Positions 38,152 through 46,278 of a stretch of 64,000 nucleotides of DNA are shown here, one piece after another (the stretch's first letter is position 1; each line of letters begins with the position of its first letter). The notes beneath the pieces are model-generated. The model made no database searches, was not told where the DNA came from, and saw nothing but the letters and a program-made list of their open reading frames with translations. Where the stretch lies: contig JBFMAF010000013.1 in assembly GCA_040755995.1 (NCBI GenBank), forward strand, positions 69,123 to 133,122. Reading direction: 5' to 3'. This DNA comes from Acidobacteriota bacterium (GTDB taxonomy: Bacteria; Acidobacteriota; CAIWXX01). Position numbers and translations under genes: made by a program.

Positions 38152-39897
38152 CTAACTCTTCTTCCCGAACAGGCGTCCGAACAAACCTGCCTTGCCCCCG
38201 GCCGGCTGCTGTGGCGGCCCCGGTCGATGGGTGGGTGGCGAGGGAGGTCGCGGCCGGCCCTGAAGCGGCGCACCGGGTGCTCGCGGTCCCGCGGCTCCGG
38301 CAGCAGCGACACGCTCGGGCATCGACGGCGGAGGTGGAGGCGGCACACCGGGCGGCACCGCGGGTGGCGGCGGAGGCGGCGCGGAACGCGCAACGAATCT
38401 GCCAGAGGGCGAGCTCGCCAGCACCTTCAGCTTGTAATTGCCCAGATCGACATCGTCGCCATCCTTCAGCACCGCCGAGTCTACCTGCGTGCCGTTCACG
38501 ATCGTACCGTTGGTGCTGTTGAGGTCCTTGATCGTGTAGGAGAAATCCGACGCACGGGAGATGGTGGCATGATAGCGCGAAACACTTGTGTCTGGAAGGA
38601 CCAGATCGTTGCCCTGATCCCGCCCGATCTTGGTCATGTCGCGGAATAGTATGTGCTCGAAGGTAACGTTGTCGAATGTCACGATGAGCTTGTATACGGG
38701 CGGGCTGTCCACCTGGACCGTCCTGTCGATCTTCATGCCGCTCGACATGCTCTCGGACAACATCTGTGTCGCCGGAACGTCCGGCGGGCGAGCCGCGGTC
38801 GACAGCGGCGTCACATCTTCGGGCGCGAGTGGAGCCGTCTGGCTTGTCCGGTACACCGCAGGTGGAGGCTCGATCGACGGCGCAGCGACGGCGCGCATCT
38901 CAGGCGCAGGTGCCTGCACTGGGATAGGAGGTGGCATCGGCCTGGGAGGCGCTTCCACCCGCTCAGGCTGAACCTGTTCTCGCATCGGCATCGCCTCCCA
39001 TGGCGCCGGCACGGGCGGCGGAGGTGGCGGCAGGCCCGCGGGCCCTTCCGCCAGCGCGCCGGTAGCCTCGACCTGAGCAGGCATCGGCGCTTCAAGCACG
39101 GTCGCCGACACGGGCCCTTCGGGTACCTCCCCGACTTCCTCCGGAGGCGTTTCCAGGCGGGGCGTCTCAACTGCTTCCTTCAGCTCGACGGGGACCTCAG
39201 CCTCGCTGACTGCCTCGGCACTCAAGGCCGCCGCCGGAATCGGTGCCTCAACCACCTCGACCTCCGGCCCCGTCACCTCCGCGGCGCGCGGCTCGACCAC
39301 GGCCTCGGGCTCCGCTGGCGGAGGCGCGGGTGGAGGCGGCATCGCCTCTGGCGCAGCGGCAGCCGGGGGTCCTTCCGGCACCGTCACCTCCGCTGCGGCT
39401 GGCTCCTGCGGTGGCGCCGGACTGGCGGATTCGGCGGCCACCGGTGGAGGCGCTGCCACCTCGGCCTCCGCAACCTCTGCCACCGCGGGCTCGGCCTCCC
39501 TTGCGGCCTCCGGGGGCTCGACGGCAGCCAGCGCCGCCTCAGGCGCGGGGGGCGGCACAGCCGGGGGAGCCGCGTAGAACGCGGGAGGCTTCACGGCAGC
39601 CAGCGTATCTGCGCCGGGCGCAGCCACCGGGGGCGCCGCCGGGCCCTCCGACGGCAGCGCACGTCCAAGCGAGACAGACCGCGCAGCCGCTTCCGCGGGT
39701 CGAACCTCCAGCGGTGTCGCATCGGAGGCCCACTGCTCACCTTCAGCCTCGATCTCCAGGATGATATCCCCTATCTGCCAGCGGTCGCCTGGTTTCAGCG
39801 GGATCCGGGCTTCGTTGCCGAATTGCCAGGACCCGGCGGTCCGATCGACCGTGAGTCTGAACTCGTGATCTCCCGCGCGTACTCGAAGTTTGGCCAT
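38152..39897 (-). CDS. FHA-domain protein with long Pro/Ala/Glu-rich linker
   Basis: IGRDQGNDLVL..SVSRYHA..IKDLNSTNGT.VNG; roughly 350 aa low-complexity linker; Pro-rich tail ending GLFGRLFGKKS. Confidence 0.85.
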   Translation of the reverse strand: MAKLRVRAGDHEFRLTVDRTAGSWQFGNEARIPLKPGDRWQIGDIILEIEAEGEQWASDATPLEVRPAEAAARSVSLGRALPSEGPAAPPVAAPGADTLAAVKPPAFYAAPPAVPPPAPEAALAAVEPPEAAREAEPAVAEVAEAEVAAPPPVAAESASPAPPQEPAAAEVTVPEGPPAAAAPEAMPPPPAPPPAEPEAVVEPRAAEVTGPEVEVVEAPIPAAALSAEAVSEAEVPVELKEAVETPRLETPPEEVGEVPEGPVSATVLEAPMPAQVEATGALAEGPAGLPPPPPPVPAPWEAMPMREQVQPERVEAPPRPMPPPIPVQAPAPEMRAVAAPSIEPPPAVYRTSQTAPLAPEDVTPLSTAARPPDVPATQMLSESMSSGMKIDRTVQVDSPPVYKLIVTFDNVTFEHILFRDMTKIGRDQGNDLVLPDTSVSRYHATISRASDFSYTIKDLNSTNGTIVNGTQVDSAVLKDGDDVDLGNYKLKVLASSPSGRFVARSAPPPPPPAVPPGVPPPPPPSMPERVAAAGAAGPRAPGAPLQGRPRPPSPPTHRPGPPQQPAGGKAGLFGRLFGKKS

Positions 39898-39901
39898 AAT
39901 A

Positions 39902-41128
39902 TTAATTCCCCGTACGAGACCCATTGGGGTCCCGCAGATGATCGGAAATCAGCTTCGAAAGGATCTCGACGCCTCTCGTGAGGCTGTTCGGAGCCTCCTT
40001 GGAGTAGGCGAGGCGCAGCGTGTTCTGTCCGCCTCCATCGACGTGGAACGGCGCCCCGACCACATACGCGACGCCCCGATCCACACTCTCCGGCAGCATG
40101 GCCTCGGAGTCCAGTCCCGAGGGCAGGCGTGCCCAACAGAAGAAGCCTCCTGAGGGCTCGGTCCACGTCACACCGGCCGGCATGTGCCTGCGCAGGGCAT
40201 CGACCATGACATTCCTACGCTCGTAGTAAAAGCGCCGGATTTTCGGCACGTGTCTCGCCAGGTGGCCGTCCTTGCAGTAGGCCAGGACGATCGCCTGGTC
40301 CATTGTCGAGCTGCAGATGTCGGCTGCTTCCTTGGCGATCTCGATCGTGCGCACGATCGCCGGGTCCGCACACATCCAGGCCGCCCGGAAGCCGGGCGCC
40401 AGGATCTTGCTGAAGCTGCTCAGGTAGATGACCCGCCCGTCCTCGTCAAGGGACTTCATCGTGGGCTGCTCGACCGAGTCGCCGAAAAACAGCTCGTAGT
40501 ACGGGTCATCCTCTATGATGAGGAAATCGTGCCTGGCAGCCAGCCGCAGGATTTCGCGTCGCTTGGAAGTCGAGATAGATATGCCGGAGGGGTTCTGGAA
40601 GTTGGGGATGGTGTAGAGCAGCTTCACGCGGCGCCCCTGGGCCTTCAGCCGCGCTACGGTCGCGTCGAGCTCGTCGGTCACGATTCCGTCATCGGCCTGG
40701 CTGACGCCGACCAGGTCGGCTCCGGCGTTGCGCAGCGCCGTGGTACCTCCGATGTAACTCGGGAGCTCCACGACGGCGACATCACCCGGGTCGAGGAAAA
40801 CCTCGCCCACCAGGCGTAGCGCCTGCTGGCTGCCGCTGGTCATGATGATGTTCTCGGAGCTGGCTGTAACCCCGCGCGTAGCCATGAATTCCGCGAGCCA
40901 TACAGCGAGCTCGCGGATGCCGCCGGTGAGTCCGTATTGAAACGCAGCGGGCCCGCGCCTCGCATACACCTGATCGAACAGCTCGCGGATGATGTCCATT
41001 GGAAAGGTTTCGGTGCTGGGCATCCCGCCGGCCAAGGAGATGATCCCGGGCTTGTCGATCAGGTGCACCATCTTGCGTATGGCGGAAGGTTTCAGGCGTC
41101 GAGCGCCATCAGAGTAGAAGTCTGACAT
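39902..41128 (-). CDS. PLP-dependent aminotransferase, class I/II (LysN-like)
   Basis: ISLAGGMP, GSQQAL, IPNFQNPSG, IEDDPY, SFSKILAPGFR. Confidence 0.92.
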   Translation of the reverse strand: MSDFYSDGARRLKPSAIRKMVHLIDKPGIISLAGGMPSTETFPMDIIRELFDQVYARRGPAAFQYGLTGGIRELAVWLAEFMATRGVTASSENIIMTSGSQQALRLVGEVFLDPGDVAVVELPSYIGGTTALRNAGADLVGVSQADDGIVTDELDATVARLKAQGRRVKLLYTIPNFQNPSGISISTSKRREILRLAARHDFLIIEDDPYYELFFGDSVEQPTMKSLDEDGRVIYLSSFSKILAPGFRAAWMCADPAIVRTIEIAKEAADICSSTMDQAIVLAYCKDGHLARHVPKIRRFYYERRNVMVDALRRHMPAGVTWTEPSGGFFCWARLPSGLDSEAMLPESVDRGVAYVVGAPFHVDGGGQNTLRLAYSKEAPNSLTRGVEILSKLISDHLRDPNGSRTGN

Positions 41129-41169
41129 ATTCATGAGAGCCAGTCCCGCACGCAATAATCGGCACCAAC

Positions 41170-41198
41170 AACCTAAACTCAGATACGCAGTTTGTCAA
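41170..41198 (-). promoter_or_regulatory. possible sigma70 promoter of the aminotransferase gene
   Basis: TTGACA, 17 bp, TAGGTT on the minus strand. Confidence 0.4.
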
Positions 41199-41301
41199 TT
41201 CACTTCTGAATGACGCGTGAGCCGCATCACACGGGCAACAGATGCGGCGCCGGGCTCGATCGGCGGGGGTCGTCCCGGGGGAAAGGAGCTTCCGGAGCGG
41301 A

Positions 41302-42168
41302 TCAGTACTGCACGTGCTTGTCGATCAGCAACCGGAGGTTCTCCTTGGTCCGGGGGTTCATCTTGTCGGGCGCCGTGAAGATGGCACCTTTCAGGGCGCT
41401 GGTGCAGTGGCAGGCTCTCTCAGGGCCGATGCGAGACATGGCATGGCGGATGAGCTTCTTGGCGTTCTCGGCGTTCTTCATCAAGTAGGCCACGATTGTT
41501 TCCACCGTCACGTTCTCCTCTTCCTCGTGCCAGCAGTCGTAATCGGTGACGAGCGCGATGGTCGAGTAGCAGATCTCGGCCTCGCGCGCCAGCTTGGCCT
41601 CGGTAAGATTCGTCATACCTATTACGTCGACACCCCACTGCCGGTAGAGCATCGATTCGGCGAGCGATGAGAAGGCCGGGCCTTCCATGCAGAGATAGGT
41701 CCCTTTCGGGTGCGTCGTCAGCCCCAGTGACCTGCCTGTTTCTACCAGGGCCTTGCTCAGGTCCGGGCACACGGGTTCGGCGAAGCTGATGTGCCCGACG
41801 ATGCCGTCGCCGAAGAAGGAAGCCTGGCGCCTGGTCGTGCGATCCAGGAACTGGTCAGGGATCACGAAGTCGAGAGGTTTGATCGTCTCTTTCATGCTCC
41901 CGACGGCCCCGCATGAGATGATCCGTTCGACGCCCAGCTTCTTGAACCCGTAGATGTTCGCGCGGTATGGGATCTCGGTCGGCATGAACACGTGACCGAT
42001 CCCGTGACGCGCGAGAAACGCGGCACGCCTGCCCTCGATCGTACCGATGACATATGGCGCGGACGGCCTCCCGAACGGCGTATCCATCTCGACTTTCTCT
42101 ACGTCGAGTAGCCCCTCCATCTCCTGAATGCCGCTGCCGCCGATGATCCCGATTTGTGCAGATGTCAT
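41302..42168 (-). CDS. mtnP: S-methyl-5'-thioadenosine phosphorylase
   Basis: IGIIGGSG, TPFG.PS, FLARHG, YRANI, MEGPAFS, IGMT, EAKLAREAE, VTDYDCW. Confidence 0.93.
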   Translation of the reverse strand: MTSAQIGIIGGSGIQEMEGLLDVEKVEMDTPFGRPSAPYVIGTIEGRRAAFLARHGIGHVFMPTEIPYRANIYGFKKLGVERIISCGAVGSMKETIKPLDFVIPDQFLDRTTRRQASFFGDGIVGHISFAEPVCPDLSKALVETGRSLGLTTHPKGTYLCMEGPAFSSLAESMLYRQWGVDVIGMTNLTEAKLAREAEICYSTIALVTDYDCWHEEEENVTVETIVAYLMKNAENAKKLIRHAMSRIGPERACHCTSALKGAIFTAPDKMNPRTKENLRLLIDKHVQY

Positions 42169-42248
42169 GTCTCTCCTCCCGCGTGAACCCCAAAAGAGGC
42201 GAATACATAGCACAGCGCCGCTTGCACGGTCAAACTCGGCGATCGATC

Positions 42249-42356
42249 CGGGTTGCTCTGGCCCGGGCTCTTCTTCTCAGTGCAGAGGTGCTCGTCCTTG
42301 ACGAAGCGAGGACGGATGTGGACAGCCGCACAGAGGAGGCGATGATGGCCGGTATC
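42249..42356 (+). pseudogene. 36-codon relic of an ABC-ATPase Walker B region; inverted, diverged copy of 44423-44530
   Basis: RVALARALLLSAEVLVLDEARTDVDSRTEEAMMAGI versus RVALARALLLDAEVLVLDEATNDVDSRTEEAMMAGI; 12 synonymous and 3 nonsynonymous codon differences by manual comparison. Confidence 0.85.
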
Positions 42357-42471
42357 CGCACGTTCTCCATCTTGGCGTGATCGAGGACAGCCGGATGCAG
42401 CCGTGACGAAGCAGGATCTCGATCCTCGGTTTTCGCCGCGGCAGGTCCCGCGGTATCGGAGACGGTGGCCC

Positions 42472-42945
42472 TCAGGTCCTCAGGTGTTGGATGCCACGCT
42501 TCTCGGCGAATTCGCTTAGCGCTGTGTAGTGTTGCCTGTCCGAGACGCCCAGTGAATCAAGGAGGCGAGCGAACTCCTCGTTCGCCTCTTTCATTGCCGT
42601 CCTGTAGTGGAACTCCGCGGCGCTGTGCTCGAAGTCGAAGGCCATCGCTACGGCTTCCTGCAACGACGGCCGGCTCGAGCATGATCGGGCCTCTTCGACC
42701 TTCTCAGCGGCGCGTCGAATAACCTCCAGGTCCACAGAGACCTCTCCAAAAAGGCCAGGATCCTGCGATACTACGCGCCGCTGGTACTCAATGAGGGCCG
42801 CATGCGCCTTCTCCTCTGTTGCGAGACGGTAGAACAGAAAGCGTGCTCCCGGGTCATCAGCGAACTGCTCGGCGAGCCCTTCATAGAGGCAGCTCAGCTC
42901 CTCTTCGAACCGGGCCAGGGGCGTGAATACCAGCTGAATGTCCAT
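42472..42945 (-). CDS. ferritin-like/rubrerythrin-domain protein
   Basis: AGGAAAGGAG RBS; FEEELSCLY...LATEEKAH...FEHSAAEFHY...DRQH four-helix E/ExxH pattern. Confidence 0.7.
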   Translation of the reverse strand: MDIQLVFTPLARFEEELSCLYEGLAEQFADDPGARFLFYRLATEEKAHAALIEYQRRVVSQDPGLFGEVSVDLEVIRRAAEKVEEARSCSSRPSLQEAVAMAFDFEHSAAEFHYRTAMKEANEEFARLLDSLGVSDRQHYTALSEFAEKRGIQHLRT

Positions 42946-43103
42946 AGCCGCTCCTTTCCTGTAAGCACATTCTCTTTTATCACATGCGCGATGGACATGC
43001 CACGGAAGCGACTGCCCCGGCCCCGGCATTTCGCATCCATATCATCAACATCGCCCATCGGGACAACACATAGGAGAACCGGCTCAGCGCCGCTTCTCCC
43101 AAG

Positions 43104-43140
43104 TTGACCCGGGCCACGACGTGACCTATAATGTGTCACG
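43104..43140 (+). promoter_or_regulatory. sigma70 promoter and inverted-repeat operator of the second TA module
   Basis: TTGACC (43104-43109), 17 bp, TATAAT (43127-43132); CGTGAC-N9-GTCACG palindrome straddles the -10. Confidence 0.75.
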
Positions 43141-43151
43141 GAGAATGGCAC

Positions 43152-43646
43152 ATGGTGGAAATATCGACTCGAGAGCTCAAGGCCAACCTGGCGAAATATC
43201 TGAAGTTGGTAATGCGGGGAAGGCGCGTGCGTGTGCTGAATCACGGGCACGCCGTCGCCGATATCGTTCCATCATCAAAGACCACTCCGACCGTGAGATT
43301 CTACGCGGTCACCAACGGTGTTGTCGAGGAATCGACAATACACAGCACGGAAGTTGACTGGCACAACGTGCTGCTCATTCAAGCAGTGTCTGAGACGGAA
43401 GCTCTCAAGATCGAACGGGATTTCGGCGAAGGAAAGATCCGACCAGCCGAACGGTACTGCCGCCGGTGCTTGACGACGCATCGCTTTCTGACGAGGCAAG
43501 CGCAGCCCACCACTTCTTCGATACAGATGGTCGGGGGAACCAGGATCACGCTATCTAACAAACGGTTCCAACTCCCGGATCCTGTGACGCCGAGAGGGGA
43601 TGGCCCTACAGCGGCGCGGATGATAGTTGAGGGCCGGAGCAGATGA
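43152..43646 (+). CDS. Phd/YefM-family antitoxin, unusually long with an inserted segment
   Basis: ISTRELKANLAKYL..V..G..V.V.NHG.AVA.IVP at the N-terminus; ends MIVEGRSR with an ATGA overlap to the toxin; 164 aa. Confidence 0.8.
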   Translation: MVEISTRELKANLAKYLKLVMRGRRVRVLNHGHAVADIVPSSKTTPTVRFYAVTNGVVEESTIHSTEVDWHNVLLIQAVSETEALKIERDFGEGKIRPAERYCRRCLTTHRFLTRQAQPTTSSIQMVGGTRITLSNKRFQLPDPVTPRGDGPTAARMIVEGRSR

Positions 43647-44110
43647 ACCTCTACCTGGACAGTTCGGCGTTCGTGAAACTCTTCCTCACCGAGGAGTTCT
43701 CGGAGGAGGTACGGGAGGCCACTGTGCAAGCGACTCGCCTCTGCACATCACGTCTGGCCTGGCCTGAAACGGTGTCGGCATTCGCGCGCATGTGTCGTGA
43801 AGACAGAATCACTCAGTATGAGTTCTTTCGGCTCATGGACTGCCTGGGCAGCCGCTGGCAGGAGATCAACGCTGTGGTTGAGGTTGACGCTAATCTCCTG
43901 AGTGACACACCGCTCCTGATGCTGGCGCACCCGCTGAGGGCCCACGACGCCATCCATCTGGCGAGCGCGAAAGCATTCGCAAAGATCGTGGATGATGATC
44001 TGCGCTTCGCAGCTTACGACGAGGCTCTGGCCAGAGCAGCACATGCGTCCGGGTTCGACGTGCTATCCGATCCAAGATGGAAACTGTTTGGGGGAACTCA
44101 CTCGGTTTAG
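43643..44110 (+). CDS. vapC: PIN-domain (VapC-family) toxin
   Basis: LYLDSSAFVKL, WPETVSA, LRAHDAIHLASA, AYDEALARAA. Confidence 0.9.
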   Translation: MNLYLDSSAFVKLFLTEEFSEEVREATVQATRLCTSRLAWPETVSAFARMCREDRITQYEFFRLMDCLGSRWQEINAVVEVDANLLSDTPLLMLAHPLRAHDAIHLASAKAFAKIVDDDLRFAAYDEALARAAHASGFDVLSDPRWKLFGGTHSV

Positions 44111-44167
44111 GACCGATAGTGGGTCTGGGGCTCCGCCCCAGTACGGGGCTGGTGCGCCTGACAAGAT

Positions 44168-46072
44168 TCAGGGAGAATCGCCGATCGGACCGGTTGTCTG
44201 CCGGGGCAGGACGCCTTGCCCGTGGACGCCCGCGCCCCGGAGCTCCTCGTATTGCTGTGCCACGAAAAGGCGCCGGTAAAGGCCGTCCCGGGTCATCAAC
44301 TCTTCATGCGTTCCATCCTCGACCAATCGCCCGCGGTCGAGCACGTAGATCCGATCGGCCTGGGTCACCATCGAGAGGCGATGCGCGATTATCAGAAGGG
44401 TCCGGCCACGACAATACTCCGCGATTCCAGCCATCATCGCCTCCTCGGTCCTGCTGTCCACGTCGTTTGTGGCCTCGTCAAGTACGAGCACCTCTGCATC
44501 GAGAAGAAGAGCGCGGGCAAGAGCTACACGGCGGCGCTGACCCGCAGATAGGCGAGTCCCCCGATCCTGCAAAACAGTCGAATAGCTGTCCGGCATCGCG
44601 GCGATGAAATCGTGAGCTTGCGCCAGCCGGCATGCCGCAATGACCTGGCTGTCTGTTGCATCCGCACGAGCGAAACGCAGGTTCTCCATCGCGGTCGCAT
44701 GAAACAAGAAGACGTCCTGGGTCACCACGGCCACCCGCCTTCGCCAGCTCGTGATCTCCAGCTGACGAAGGTCGATGCCGTCCACTTGAATCATCCCATC
44801 CGTCGGATCATAGAGGCGCGAGACGAGATTCACCAAGGTTGACTTGCCCGCACCCGATGGACCAACCACGGCGACCCGGTGCCCACGCGGTATGGTGAAG
44901 TCGAGACGATCGAGGACGAGCGGCTCGTCGCGCGCATATCGAAACGACACCCCCAGGAATCTCACCGAGTCGCAAAGCGAATCGAAGACGATCGATCCGC
45001 CGCTCGGCGCCACCGGGCTCGTCGTGCCGATGGTCTCCGTCAGGGTATGCAGCATCGGAGCGACCTGGGCAACCTGCGTGTGCAGGCTGGTCAGGATTCC
45101 GGCCGGCCCCATCAACCGAATTGCGATGACCAGGAAGATCCCCAAGAGGGCGGGGACTGTGTGTGTCGATAGGGGAAGGAACAAAGACCCCACGGCCAGG
45201 ACAGCGGCAAGAAGAGAGAGATTCAGCGCGTTGAAGAGCGGGCGCGCGAAACCGCCGATGGCCGAGGCGCGGTATTCCTGCGCAAGAAGCGCCTGACTAT
45301 GCTGCGCGAACGTGGCATGGCTCCAGTTCTCTCGGCCGAAGACGCGCACGAGCTTCATCCCGGCCAACAGCTCTTGAACCGCAGCCTGTGTCTCGCGAAT
45401 GTTGTCATGGAGCTTCCTGCTGGCCTTCCGCAGGCGCACCGCTATCGCGGGGCGCAGCAGGAAGCTCACGGGGGCAAGCAGCAACAAGCTGAGGATCGTC
45501 AGGCGCCACGACAGAGCCAGCGCGAGCACCACATAGCTCACCATCACCGCGATACTCGCGGCCGCCTGCCCGGCCTGGAGAACCAAGGCCCCGACGCTGC
45601 GGACGAATGAGTCGAGCAACGCCGTCAGGCTCCCGCGGCGCTCGCGCAGAAAGGCATCGAGCGGCATTTCGGAAAAACGGCGGAAGACGGCCTCCTGCAG
45701 CGTGCGCTGGACGTGCTTTCGCAATTGAAGCGACGCCATGGTCTGTGCCAATTGCAAGGAGGCCCTGAAAAGCGCGAACAAAATCAAGGCGGCGGCCGCC
45801 AGTCGGATTCGTGACCCAACCGGCAGGCTCGATGCATGCCGGGCGATCTCCGTCAGCCAGGTCCCTTCCGGCACCGCGGCATCCCGCCCGGCGGCCAGGA
45901 GAATGAACACGCTGCCGATCCCGATTGCTTCGCCAGCCACCTGAAGGGCAGCCGTGACCACGAGCAGCGCGAGCAGGCCGCGATGGGGCTGCATGAGTGC
46001 AAGCAGTTGAACCAGACACCTGGTGGATGATGGTCGAGCGTCAGGCGATGCAGAGAGCTGTTCGTTAGTCAT
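44168..46072 (-). CDS. ABC exporter, fused permease and ATPase (MsbA-like)
   Basis: Transmembrane domain, GPSGAGKST, LSAGQ, VLVLDEAT, IAHRLS. Start uncertain. Confidence 0.9.
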   Translation of the reverse strand: MTNEQLSASPDARPSSTRCLVQLLALMQPHRGLLALLVVTAALQVAGEAIGIGSVFILLAAGRDAAVPEGTWLTEIARHASSLPVGSRIRLAAAALILFALFRASLQLAQTMASLQLRKHVQRTLQEAVFRRFSEMPLDAFLRERRGSLTALLDSFVRSVGALVLQAGQAAASIAVMVSYVVLALALSWRLTILSLLLLAPVSFLLRPAIAVRLRKASRKLHDNIRETQAAVQELLAGMKLVRVFGRENWSHATFAQHSQALLAQEYRASAIGGFARPLFNALNLSLLAAVLAVGSLFLPLSTHTVPALLGIFLVIAIRLMGPAGILTSLHTQVAQVAPMLHTLTETIGTTSPVAPSGGSIVFDSLCDSVRFLGVSFRYARDEPLVLDRLDFTIPRGHRVAVVGPSGAGKSTLVNLVSRLYDPTDGMIQVDGIDLRQLEITSWRRRVAVVTQDVFLFHATAMENLRFARADATDSQVIAACRLAQAHDFIAAMPDSYSTVLQDRGTRLSAGQRRRVALARALLLDAEVLVLDEATNDVDSRTEEAMMAGIAEYCRGRTLLIIAHRLSMVTQADRIYVLDRGRLVEDGTHEELMTRDGLYRRLFVAQQYEELRGAGVHGQGVLPRQTTGPIGDSP

Positions 46073-46278
46073 TGATGAATGGGGACGAACCAATGTTGAG
46101 GGGCTCGGCGCAATCACGCCTCGTCGCAACCCTGTGCCCTTCGGTCCGGAACATGAGCGGCCTCTGCATGGCGTGACTATATTCAGGCGGGCTTCCTCTC
46201 GCAAGACACGCGCTCACTTCACGAAATCAGTCAAACGGAGGGATGCAAAATGCGCGAACATGCCCTAGGATATCCGTC

